From contig JAXDLN010000091.1 in NCBI GenBank assembly GCA_034666565.1, positions 3,968 through 67,967 on the forward strand: 64,000 nt of DNA, in the 5' to 3' direction. The position numbers were made by a program, and so were the translations under genes. The DNA is from Chloroflexota bacterium (GTDB lineage Bacteria; Chloroflexota; Dormibacteria; CF-121). Shown piece by piece: positions 9,909 to 22,787 of the stretch. Position 1 is the stretch's first letter, and each line of letters opens with the position of its first letter. Under the pieces are notes generated by a model. That model had not been told where the DNA came from, did no database searches, and worked only from the letters and a program-made list of their open reading frames with translations.

Positions 9909-10600
9909 TTCGCACCCTGATCGTCGACGACGACTTTCGCGTTGCCTCCTTGCACCGGGCGTACGTCGAGAAGGTGCCGGGCTTTACCGTGGTTGGTGAG
10001 GCGGCGACCGGCGCCGAGGCGCTGCGCCTGGTCAATTCCGCCAAGCCGGACCTCGTCCTGCTGGACATCTATTTACCGGACATCTCGGGGTTGGAGGTGA
10101 TGAGGACGATTCGCGAAGGCGGTGCCTCACGCGTCGACGTGATCGCCATCACCGCCGCCCGCGACGTCGAGAGCCTGCGCGCGGCCATGCACGGCGGCGT
10201 CGTCCATTACCTGATCAAGCCCTTTCGCTTCGCGGCGCTTCACGAGAAGCTGCAGAGCTACGCCACCATGCATCAGCGCCTCAAGCAACTCTCCGAGGCC
10301 GACCAGCACGCGGTCGACACGCTATACAACATCCTCCGACACGGTGGAGCCGAGGAGACCTTGCCAAAGGGGCTTTCACGACCGACGCTCGAGCTCGTCA
10401 CCCGCATCCTGCAGGAGGCGGACGGTGATCTGACGGCGGTGGAGGTGGCCGAGCTTGCCAATCTCAGCAGGGTCACCGCCCGTCGATACGTCGATCACCT
10501 CGTGCAGCTGGGCCGGGTCGAAGTTGTCATGCGTTACGGCTCACCGGGACGCCCGGAACATCTCTACCACCTGGTGGCGCGACCCGCCAGTGTGGGATAG
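9905..10600 (+). CDS. CitB/DcuR-family response regulator
   Basis: REC domain (VDDD, LLDIYLPD, YLIKPF) and C-terminal wHTH SRVTARRY...YG.PGRP. ATGA overlap with the kinase. Confidence 0.93.
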   Translation: MIRTLIVDDDFRVASLHRAYVEKVPGFTVVGEAATGAEALRLVNSAKPDLVLLDIYLPDISGLEVMRTIREGGASRVDVIAITAARDVESLRAAMHGGVVHYLIKPFRFAALHEKLQSYATMHQRLKQLSEADQHAVDTLYNILRHGGAEETLPKGLSRPTLELVTRILQEADGDLTAVEVAELANLSRVTARRYVDHLVQLGRVEVVMRYGSPGRPEHLYHLVARPASVG

Positions 10601-10702
10601 AGGTCTGAGGCGGTCCAGGCCCGGGCACCAAGCTCAGCCATTAGGCAGGGAACGAACTCGGCGCGTTGACAGAAGCGTCGTTTTGGTGGTCGCATAGAAG
10701 TA

Positions 10703-11026
10703 ATCGGTAAGCAGCCGCCCGACGCCTGTCCGTATGCGCGTCCTTTTCCCAAGGACTTTGCCGACTGCACTGCGTTTCAGCCGGTCGAGTTCAATGCGGC
10801 CTCGGATGATGCCCCGCCGCAGATGCTGACGTCGTGTGCGAATCTCGCGATCGGCACGTTTTGGGACGACAGCAAGCACCATTACGCTCGGTGCGGACTC
10901 GGCGACAGCACCGCCAGGTTGGCGCGGCTCAAGGCTCAGGTCGAGGTGAGCGATGCGTACGTCCTCCAGCATGCCGATCGCGACGACGAGATTCTCGCGC
11001 CACCGCCGATCATGCCGCCTCGCTAA
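10703..11026 (+). CDS. Small Cys-containing hypothetical protein, probable ATC start
   Basis: Frame open from 10670 to TAA at 11024-11026: (I)GKQPPDACPYARPFPKDFADCTAFQP...TSCANL...HYARCG. The first ATG (10823) would remove two of the four Cys. Confidence 0.5.
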   Translation: MGKQPPDACPYARPFPKDFADCTAFQPVEFNAASDDAPPQMLTSCANLAIGTFWDDSKHHYARCGLGDSTARLARLKAQVEVSDAYVLQHADRDDEILAPPPIMPPR

Positions 11027-11044
11027 CGAGAGCGTCAGGGCAAC

Positions 11045-11068
11045 AAAAAGGCGGCCACGGCGGCCGCC
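11045..11068 (-). terminator. Rho-independent terminator of the 11092-11667 gene
   Basis: Stem GGCGGCC/GGCCGCC (11050-11068) followed on the minus strand by TTTTT (AAAAA at 11045-11049). Confidence 0.7.
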
Positions 11069-11091
11069 ATCTGTTCAGGTCGAAACGTCAA

Positions 11092-11667
11092 TCAGCCACA
11101 GGTCACGTTGAAGTGCATGCTGTTGGGATTCGGAGTGAATGTGGCATTTCCGGTCGAGTTGACGTGGGCGTTCAAGTGAAGCGTCAGCGAGGATCCATCG
11201 GATCCGGTCATCTGCAGATTCACCGTAAACGACATCGATGCATTCTTGTTGTTGAATTCGCCACCAAACCATTGCACCACCTGGCCCGCGAAGGACGGCT
11301 TCGTCAGGTCTGGCGTGAAACTGATCGGATTCCCATTGCTGTCAAGGGTGACAGTGCCGAGAACCAGCGTGGACGCTCCCTCCATGGTGCTCGTGAACCA
11401 GGCGTCCTGCGCTTTGTTGACGTTGATATGCTGCACGCCATTGCCCGTTGAGTCGATGAGCGCCCACTCGTTGAAGACCCCACCGCAGCCCGGAAGCGGA
11501 CTGCCCAGGAAGGTGAGCTGCCCGAAATGGTCGGTCTCCTGACAGGGCCCGAGGCCCGGACCACAGGTCGGGATCGGCGGGGGACCCGTTCCGGATGCCG
11601 CGCTAACCGGTAGCGCCAGCGTCCCGAACAACGCGATGCAGATGGCAAGGACAAACAGTCTTCTCAT
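11092..11667 (-). CDS. Secreted hypothetical protein
   Basis: Signal peptide MRRLFVLAICIALFGTLALPVSA. The mature part is beta-rich with Cys residues. AGGAGG SD. Confidence 0.75.
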   Translation of the reverse strand: MRRLFVLAICIALFGTLALPVSAASGTGPPPIPTCGPGLGPCQETDHFGQLTFLGSPLPGCGGVFNEWALIDSTGNGVQHINVNKAQDAWFTSTMEGASTLVLGTVTLDSNGNPISFTPDLTKPSFAGQVVQWFGGEFNNKNASMSFTVNLQMTGSDGSSLTLHLNAHVNSTGNATFTPNPNSMHFNVTCG

Positions 11668-11718
11668 TGGCCCCTCCTGGGAACCCCCGCTGATCGATGG
11701 ACAGCGACCCGCGGGTCT

Positions 11719-11747
11719 ACCCTAGAGTCCGTTTAACGCAAAGTCAA
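11719..11747 (-). promoter_or_regulatory. Sigma70-type promoter
   Basis: TTGACT-N17-TAGGGT on the minus strand upstream of 11667. Confidence 0.55.
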
Positions 11748-11803
11748 GTCGTTTGCGACTGCAAGTGATCGTCGGACAGTCTCTAAGATTGCTGTGAGAC
11801 CAG

Positions 11804-13975
11804 ATGCCGGTTACGCATGGCGCGCCGACGATCACCATCAACCACGACCACCAGTTCCTGGTCAGCGACCCCAACGCCACCATGGTGCCCACCGGCGGCG
11901 TCGGTTTCTTTGCCCGGGACACCCGCTTCGTCTCGAGCTACTCGGTGACGATCAATGGCCGGCAGCCGCTGCTGCTGGACGCCAGCAACATCGACCACTT
12001 TTCGGCGCGTCACGAGTTCACGACCCCTGAGCTCCCGCTCGCTGGGACCCGGGACGGCGCTGAGCACGACGTCATCCTCGAGGAGCGCGCGATCGGCTTC
12101 CGCCTCGACCGCACCATTTTCGAGGGGGTCCACGAGGACTATGACCTGGTCAGCTTCGCGCGCCACCCGGTCCGCCTGATCCTGGAGGTCGCGATCGAGT
12201 CGGACTTCGCCGATATCTTCGACGTGCGCCGACGGCGGCTGGTGCGACGTGGCGACCTGCAGAGCTCGTGGCACGAGAAAGCCGGCGAGCTACGCACGAC
12301 CTACACCAACGGCTCCTTCAAGCGGGAGCTGATCGTCGGCGTCGAGCGCGAGGACTCGCACCCGGAGTTCGCCAACGGCCGCCTGCAGTTCGTCATCAAT
12401 CTCGCGCCCAAGCAGACCTGGCATACCTGTGTCGAGTGGTTGCCCGTGATCGATGGCAAGCGCGCCCGCGTGCTCCCCTGCTATGCGATCCAGAACCGCG
12501 ACCCGGAAATGTCCACCGGGGTGCTGCCGGCAGTTGCCGTCGCCACCAGCCATTCCACACTGCCGCGCATCTGGCGCCAGGCGGTCGCCGACATGGAGGC
12601 GCTGCGGATGTCGGACTTCGCGGTGCGGCGCGGCGTTTATGTTCCCGCCGCCGGCATCCCCTGGTACGTGACGCTGTTCGGTCGGGACTCGCTGGTCGTC
12701 GCGATGGAGAGTATCAGCGGTTTTCCCGAGTTCGCCTTCGGCGCGTTGGACCGGCTGGCGCGAGTGCAGGCGACCGACGACAACGCCGCCCAGGACAAAG
12801 AACCCGGCAAGATCCCGCACGAGGTGCGCTACGGCGAGCTGGCAAGCCTCGGGCTTCTCCCCTTCACGCCCTACTACGGCACGGCGGATGCCACCCTTCT
12901 CTTCTTGATCGTGTTTTCCTACGCGTACCAGTGGTCCGGCGACCGCGAGATCCTGGACCGCTACCGGCCGAACGCGGAGGCCGCGCTCAAATGGATGCTC
13001 GAGTACGGAGATCGCGACAAGGACGGCTTCCAGGAATACAAGACGCGCTCGCCGGTTGGCTTCTACAACCAGGGCTGGAAAGATTCGCACGATGCCGTCC
13101 AGCACGAGGATGGCACCATCGCGTCGCTACCGATCGCACTGTGCGAGCTCCAGGGCTATGCCTTCGACGCACTGCTGCGGATGTCCGAGGCCTTTGCGAT
13201 CTGGGGCGATGTCGAGCGGTCGGCAGAGCTGCGACAGCGGGCGATCCGGCTGTATGAAGACTTCAACGAGCGGTTCTGGTGGGAGGAAGAAGGCACCTAC
13301 TATTTGGGCCTCGACGGGCGCAAGCGGCCGATCCGATCGGTGGCATCGAACGCCGGTCATTGTCTGGCCAGCGGCATCGTCCCACCGGATCGCGCCAATC
13401 GCGTGGTCGATCGCCTGATGCAGCCCGATATGTGGAGCGGTTGGGGCATCCGCACGCTCTCGACCAAGCACCCTTCCTACAATCCGTACTCCTATCACCT
13501 GGGATCGGTCTGGCCGCACGATAACGCCACCATCGCCGGCGGGTTTCGGCGGGCCGGCCGGCACACCGAAGCCCAGCAGCTCGCCGAGGGCATCTTTGCC
13601 GCTGCCGAGCGCTTCGACCATTACAGCTTGCCCGAGCTATGGGCGGGGGTGGCTCGCGAGCCGGGCGCGTACCCGGTCCCTTACCTTGGGACGAACGTCC
13701 CGCAGGCCTGGGCCGCCGCTGCCGTGTTTCGGCTGGTCGCGATCCTCTGCGGGATTCACACGGCCGGCCACGACAAGGTCATCTACATCAATCCTGACCT
13801 GCCCGACTGGCTCCCCAACCTCACGCTGACGAATCTCCGCGCCGGCAAGGGCGCGGTTGAGTTGCGCCTCAAGCGTGACGAGGTTGAAGTGCTCAGCAAC
13901 ACAACCGGATTCGAAATCGTTCACGGGCGCATTCCGCGACCGCCGCTCCAGGAAACGCCGCTCGCCCGCGGCTAG
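11804..13975 (+). CDS. Amylo-alpha-1,6-glucosidase / glycogen debranching enzyme family protein
   Basis: AGIPWYVTLFGRDSL, EPGKIPHE, YYGTADAT, NQGWKDS, YHLGSVWPHD and PQAWAAA motifs of the GDE C-terminal domain, plus an N-terminal GDE domain. Confidence 0.88.
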   Translation: MPVTHGAPTITINHDHQFLVSDPNATMVPTGGVGFFARDTRFVSSYSVTINGRQPLLLDASNIDHFSARHEFTTPELPLAGTRDGAEHDVILEERAIGFRLDRTIFEGVHEDYDLVSFARHPVRLILEVAIESDFADIFDVRRRRLVRRGDLQSSWHEKAGELRTTYTNGSFKRELIVGVEREDSHPEFANGRLQFVINLAPKQTWHTCVEWLPVIDGKRARVLPCYAIQNRDPEMSTGVLPAVAVATSHSTLPRIWRQAVADMEALRMSDFAVRRGVYVPAAGIPWYVTLFGRDSLVVAMESISGFPEFAFGALDRLARVQATDDNAAQDKEPGKIPHEVRYGELASLGLLPFTPYYGTADATLLFLIVFSYAYQWSGDREILDRYRPNAEAALKWMLEYGDRDKDGFQEYKTRSPVGFYNQGWKDSHDAVQHEDGTIASLPIALCELQGYAFDALLRMSEAFAIWGDVERSAELRQRAIRLYEDFNERFWWEEEGTYYLGLDGRKRPIRSVASNAGHCLASGIVPPDRANRVVDRLMQPDMWSGWGIRTLSTKHPSYNPYSYHLGSVWPHDNATIAGGFRRAGRHTEAQQLAEGIFAAAERFDHYSLPELWAGVAREPGAYPVPYLGTNVPQAWAAAAVFRLVAILCGIHTAGHDKVIYINPDLPDWLPNLTLTNLRAGKGAVELRLKRDEVEVLSNTTGFEIVHGRIPRPPLQETPLARG

Positions 13976-14160
13976 GGAGAACCGAGCGAGCCGGTGACGT
14001 TGCAGAACATGTTCTTGACGGTGTTGCCCATGATGATGAGGATCACGAGGACCACGATGACCACCAGCACCATGATCAGCGCATATTCCACCATCGCCTG
14101 ACCTCGTCGGTCAGCGCGACTCAACCCGGCGACTAGCTGGTCGACACCTGCGGTGATCAT
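13972..14160 (-). CDS. flp: Flp-family type IVb pilin
   Basis: Prepilin cleavage motif RRG|QAMVEYAL (E+5, Y+6) followed by a hydrophobic helix. 62 aa, GGAG SD. Confidence 0.88.
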   Translation of the reverse strand: MITAGVDQLVAGLSRADRRGQAMVEYALIMVLVVIVVLVILIIMGNTVKNMFCNVTGSLGSP

Positions 14161-14296
14161 CCACGACTCCTGCGGCCCACATTGCTCCAGCCACGTTGCG
14201 AAATGCCTTATCCGTACGGGTACCGTCGTTTCGTCGCCCAGGCGTTATTCCGAGTCGGGGCCAGTTGACCAAGCTGTGACGAGCCCTACGGGCGCC

Positions 14297-14325
14297 GTGA
14301 CAAGGGTGGGGGCGTTCGATAGAGT
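14297..14325 (+). promoter_or_regulatory. Sigma70-type promoter for pheA (leaderless geometry)
   Basis: GTGACA-N17-TAGAGT, with 6 nt to the ATC at 14332. Confidence 0.55.
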
Positions 14326-14331
14326 TCGACC

Positions 14332-15237
14332 ATCGCAGGCGAGCTCACGATCGGATACCAGGGGGAACCGGGTGCCTACTCCGAAGAGGCGCTCCACGCC
14401 ACGTTTCCCTTAGCGATCCCGCAGGCCTTCCGCACGCTTCGGCATGCCTTTCATCGGGTCGCGGACCAGTCGGTCGATTTCGCACTGGTCCCGGTCGAGA
14501 ACTCGCAGGGAGGCAGCGTGCTCGAGACCTACGATCTCCTGCTCGAGTATCGAGCGCTCGTGGTTGCCGAGGTCGCGCTGCAGGTTGACCACTGCCTGCT
14601 GGCCGTGCCGGGCACCCGCCGCGATCAACTGAAGCGAGTCCTCTCCCATCCGCAGGCGCTGGCGCAATGCGAAGCGTTCATCGTGCGAGAACACCTGGAA
14701 CCCGTCCCCGCGTATGACACGGCTGGAGCAGCAAAGCAGATCCAGCTGGAGGGCCGTCACGACCAGGCGGCGATCGCCGGTCGGCGCGCGGCCGAGCTCT
14801 ACGACCTTGAAATCCTGGCCGAACGAATCCAGACAGTGCAGGAGAACATCACCCGCTTCTTCTTGATCACGCGACGGGGACCCCGCCGCCCCAAGCCACC
14901 GGCGATCAGGCGACCGCGCTACGGGAAGAAGACCTCGCTGGTGTGCGCCGTCGACAACGAGCCGGGCGCGCTCTTTCGGTTGCTGAAGTGCTTCGAGGAG
15001 TTCGGTGTCAACCTGACGAAGTTGGAGTCGCGGCCACGGCGCGACCCACCCTGGGAATACCTCTTCTACCTGGACCTCGACGGCGGCCGATCGGAAAAGC
15101 CGGTGGCAGCCGCCTTGCGCGCGGCGCGCCGCGCCACCACCTTTCTGCAGGTGCTCGGAACGTACACCCGCGCGCTTCCCCCGTCGGCTCCGCCGAAACG
15201 TCGCAGCCGGAAACGACGCTCGCCCGCCGAACCCTAG
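14332..15237 (+). CDS. pheA: Prephenate dehydratase (PDT + ACT); start apparently ATC 14332
   Basis: In-frame upstream of the tracked ORF lie IGYQGEPGAYSEEA and VPVENSQGGSV. The ORF also has SHPQALAQC, catalytic NITRF and ACT NLTKLESRP. In-frame TAG at 14320-14322. Confidence 0.92.
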   Translation: MAGELTIGYQGEPGAYSEEALHATFPLAIPQAFRTLRHAFHRVADQSVDFALVPVENSQGGSVLETYDLLLEYRALVVAEVALQVDHCLLAVPGTRRDQLKRVLSHPQALAQCEAFIVREHLEPVPAYDTAGAAKQIQLEGRHDQAAIAGRRAAELYDLEILAERIQTVQENITRFFLITRRGPRRPKPPAIRRPRYGKKTSLVCAVDNEPGALFRLLKCFEEFGVNLTKLESRPRRDPPWEYLFYLDLDGGRSEKPVAAALRAARRATTFLQVLGTYTRALPPSAPPKRRSRKRRSPAEP

Positions 15238-15241
15238 CGCT

Positions 15242-15619
15242 TTACCGATGTTCCGAGGACCAGTAGCGCTGGTCCGGCGTCAACGGTTCGAGCCATTCCG
15301 TGACGAAGTTCGCGTTGTGATGAATCGCCGTCAGCTGGAGACGATCGCTGCCCGAGTTGATGAAACGGTGGGCGGCCCCTGCCGGAGCAACGACGATGTC
15401 CCCCGCCCTCGCCTGCACCTGAGATTCCTCCACGAAGAAGAAGCCGACCCCGGCGTGAACCACGAAGATCTCTTCGTAAGGGTGAAGATGCAGGGCCGGG
15501 CCATGGCCCGTTTCGACGTTCACCAGGATTAACGTCAGCCCTGCGCCGTAGACCTTGCCCTCGAATTCGCGGGAGCTGTTGCTTCCCGGGAGTTGGTTCG
15601 CGTGAATCAGCGGATCCAT
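15242..15619 (-). CDS. Cupin-domain protein
   Basis: Cupin motifs LHLHPYEEIF and GDIVVAPAGAAHRF. Confidence 0.85.
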   Translation of the reverse strand: MDPLIHANQLPGSNSSREFEGKVYGAGLTLILVNVETGHGPALHLHPYEEIFVVHAGVGFFFVEESQVQARAGDIVVAPAGAAHRFINSGSDRLQLTAIHHNANFVTEWLEPLTPDQRYWSSEHR

Positions 15620-15634
15620 TTCGATGGCGTGATG

Positions 15635-18343
<2,709 letters not shown>

Positions 18344-18420
18344 CTCGGTCCTGTCCTCCCTCCGTGTCGTCGCATCGTACCGGTTCGGCCGGTAGAATCG
18401 GGGCTTCGAGGAGGGTGAAG

Positions 18421-20124
<1,704 letters not shown>

Positions 20125-20167
20125 CTCGCAGCCGTATTCGGCCACGTTCATCGTTTGGAAGGTAGGT

Positions 20168-20641
20168 ATGACCTTCAGCCTCGGACGAATGTATCGAATT
20201 TCAATTTTTTTTGGCGCAGCCTTCTTTCTGCTTGTAGCGCCGCTAGTCGGGCAGAGAGTGGTGAGCCCGGGCCAATCGTGGGGAGGGCGCGCTTTGTTTG
20301 TCCTGTGGCTGATTGTGATGCTGTACGGTCTTTACCAGAATCTTTTTCAGCTTGCGTATGAGCTGCAAAGCAGCGACAACATGTTGACTTGGAGGTCACC
20401 ACTACGCACGGGAAGGCTGCCGCTATCGGAGTTGCGCCGCATTTACTCGAGTCGGGTTTCTCTTGGAGTGCTTGAGGCGGCCGATGGCCGCCGAATCCAG
20501 ATTTATGCTCACAAGGGATTCCGCACGTTCGTTACGCGACTAGTCGAGCGCAATCCAAACATCGATGTCAGCCTCAGCTGGTATTTCCGGCTTGTTGACC
20601 GTCTCCCGGGTACGACGGCATTCCATGGGGTGAACGGTTAG
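20168..20641 (+). CDS. Small membrane protein (2 TM plus PH-like cytoplasmic region)
   Basis: 157 aa with an AGGTAGGT SD. Visibly more AT-rich than its neighbours. Confidence 0.6.
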   Translation: MTFSLGRMYRISIFFGAAFFLLVAPLVGQRVVSPGQSWGGRALFVLWLIVMLYGLYQNLFQLAYELQSSDNMLTWRSPLRTGRLPLSELRRIYSSRVSLGVLEAADGRRIQIYAHKGFRTFVTRLVERNPNIDVSLSWYFRLVDRLPGTTAFHGVNG

Positions 20642-20680
20642 CGGACTGAAGTCAACGGCTGGCCGAGCCACGCCACCGAA

Positions 20681-21622
20681 CTAACGAGTAGGACTCGGAC
20701 TTGCCGTCGGGCTCGCCGTTGCGCTCGGAGTTGGCCACGGCGGGAAAGCGACGCGCGGCGCGACGATGGGATCGCCATTCATATGCCGTTGCGTCAGCGG
20801 GTAGGCGTTGGTGATGGCCTTTCCGTCCGCCCCGGTAGGGTAAGTCGTCTGGGCATCCGACTGCTCGACCGTGAGGGGGCGGCCATCCTGGTCGTAGAGG
20901 AGGACATTCGTCAACGGCTTGCCGTCTTGAGAGTAGGGATAAATGTTCGTCAACGGCCCCGCTGCGTACGCGGCATTCAACGGCTGCTGCACAGGAGTCG
21001 CGCTGCCGATGATCTCCGAGTAGACAAAACTGTGCATAGTTCCCAGGACCCCGACAGCAACCAGCGCGATCAGTACGTTGGCCGAAATGGCCAGCACGCG
21101 AGCCGGCTGGGGAAGTGGCCGGTTCCGGCGCCCGATGCGAACCGAAAGCCAGATCGCGACAGCGGTCGCGAGGATCTCGCCGAGCCCGCGTTTCGATCCG
21201 GGATCTGGAATTGGCCCGAGTGGGTATCCGGGACTGAGGGCCGCGGTCAGGATGAGGACCGCAAGATAGGCGCGGAGCACCCACCAGGCCGGTCGCAACT
21301 CTGGGAGAAATGCCCGCACCTGTCGATACCAGGCTGAATTTGTCACCCATGCGACCGCGAGCCGCAAGCCACGAAACGCCGGATCGTGACTCCGAGGGCT
21401 GGCGCTGGTCGCCCCGTAGGCCGCACGCAATTCCTGCGCGTACTGTTCGGCCGGCCCGAGGCGCTCGGTCAGGGGACCTCCAGCCTCGGCGGCGATTTCC
21501 CTCAGGTGATCCTCGAGATCCTCCAAGAGGACAGCCGCCTGGTCAGACGGGAGGTCGGAAAGCGCGGCCCGAACCGATGCCGCGTAGGTTGCGACGTCGC
21601 TTGCCTGGTCGTTACTTGCCAT
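20681..21622 (-). CDS. HAAS (DUF1700-like) signalling-domain membrane protein
   Basis: N-terminal YAASVRAALSDLP...LLEDLEDHL...RLGPAEQYAQELRAA, then TM helices, extracellular TNIYPY..DGKPL and a Pro/Thr/Ser tail. Confidence 0.8.
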   Translation of the reverse strand: MASNDQASDVATYAASVRAALSDLPSDQAAVLLEDLEDHLREIAAEAGGPLTERLGPAEQYAQELRAAYGATSASPRSHDPAFRGLRLAVAWVTNSAWYRQVRAFLPELRPAWWVLRAYLAVLILTAALSPGYPLGPIPDPGSKRGLGEILATAVAIWLSVRIGRRNRPLPQPARVLAISANVLIALVAVGVLGTMHSFVYSEIIGSATPVQQPLNAAYAAGPLTNIYPYSQDGKPLTNVLLYDQDGRPLTVEQSDAQTTYPTGADGKAITNAYPLTQRHMNGDPIVAPRVAFPPWPTPSATASPTASPSPTR

Positions 21623-21965
21623 GACCGTTGCTCCTCCCGTTCAGTAGATGGTTGAGCGCCTTGCTCAAGGAAGCCCACGTTTGGGCAGATTGATCGAGAG
21701 CCTTTCGGCCCCGGTTGTTGAGGCCGTAGTACTTGCGATGGGGCCCTTCATCAGAAGGGACAACGTAGGAGTTCAGCGCACCGGCCTGGTACAGGCGCCG
21801 CAGCGTGCCGTACACGGACGCATCACCGACGTGGTCGAGCCCATTCTCCCGAAGCCGCCGCACGACATCGTAGCCGTAACTGTCCGCGTCGGCGAGTACC
21901 GCCAGCACCGCCAGGTCGAGGACGCCTTTCAGTAGTTGCGTGGTATCGACTTCCGCCTCACTCAT
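21612..21965 (-). CDS. PadR-family transcriptional regulator
   Basis: QLLKGVLDLAVL, YGYDV, SVYGTLRRL, GPHRKYYGL. Confidence 0.92.
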   Translation of the reverse strand: MSEAEVDTTQLLKGVLDLAVLAVLADADSYGYDVVRRLRENGLDHVGDASVYGTLRRLYQAGALNSYVVPSDEGPHRKYYGLNNRGRKALDQSAQTWASLSKALNHLLNGRSNGHGK

Positions 21966-22045
21966 TGGACGGCATAGTACTACGGATTGCGGAGTAGCGC
22001 AACTGCGAACTCCGTCAGGTGGAGCTACGCGGCGGGAGGAGCGGT

Positions 22046-22705
22046 CTAGGCGACCTTCGAGCAGCCGTCGAGGAATCCCCAGAGCGCATTGCTCGCGCGT
22101 CCGGCCGCGGCGACGACCGGTTCGGGATCCTCAATCAGTCGCTCCAGCAGCTCGCGCTCCCAGGCGCTGTGTAGCTCGTCAGCCTGCGCGTGCACCGACC
22201 AGAAATCGGTCCCGTCGCCCGGCGTAAGGCCGTAGCGGCTCATCAGCGACTCAGTCTTGCTGGCGGCGACCTCGGCGGCCTGCGACTCGTACGCATAAAG
22301 CGTGACCAGGCCCTCGGCTGGCGATCCGTTGGCGGTCGCGACGGCAAACGTATCGAGCAGGGCCCGGGTCGAGTCCTTCACCGGCGCACTCTCGAGCTGG
22401 TCGCGACTCAGCCCAAGCGCATTGCCGAAGCGGGCGAACATCTCGAGGTGCGATTCGGTCCCGCCCTCTTCGTCGACCAGGTTCTGCAGCAGGACCTTGC
22501 GGTCCGCCGCCGTGTCGAGCTTCGCCAGCACTTTCGTCAGGTATCCGGGAAAGGCGGCCTCGAATTTGTAGTACTGACCCGAGTACGACTGTAGGTCGTC
22601 GATCGTCAGGTCGCCGGCGAGCCAGCGCTGATAGAACGGATGCGCAAGCATGCGCCGGCCTGAGATCACCGCGTCGATCTGGGGAATTACGTCCTGTCCT
22701 ACCAC
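22046..22705 (-). CDS. CADD-family heme-oxygenase-like dimetal oxidase (PqqC/TenA fold)
   Basis: HPFY, NLVDEEG...SH, LYAYESQ......K and FWSVHAQADELHS, matching the E/H/E/H/D/H ligand set. Confidence 0.85.
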   Translation of the reverse strand: MVGQDVIPQIDAVISGRRMLAHPFYQRWLAGDLTIDDLQSYSGQYYKFEAAFPGYLTKVLAKLDTAADRKVLLQNLVDEEGGTESHLEMFARFGNALGLSRDQLESAPVKDSTRALLDTFAVATANGSPAEGLVTLYAYESQAAEVAASKTESLMSRYGLTPGDGTDFWSVHAQADELHSAWERELLERLIEDPEPVVAAAGRASNALWGFLDGCSKVA

Positions 22706-22787
22706 ACCCTGCTCCTTGCTGAACGCCGACTCGATCCAGACGGACGGAGCGTACCAGACTCAGGCCGTAGCCCCGTACGCTAGGCGC

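Noticed and set aside
10634-10972. 112-aa minus-strand ORF
   Set aside because: It has no motif or SD, and the plus-strand Cys-containing frame looks more protein-like.
14161-14296. Possible c-di-GMP or other riboswitch upstream of flp
   Set aside because: I could not see the GEMM or c-di-GMP-II consensus elements by eye. An Rfam/Infernal search would be decisive.
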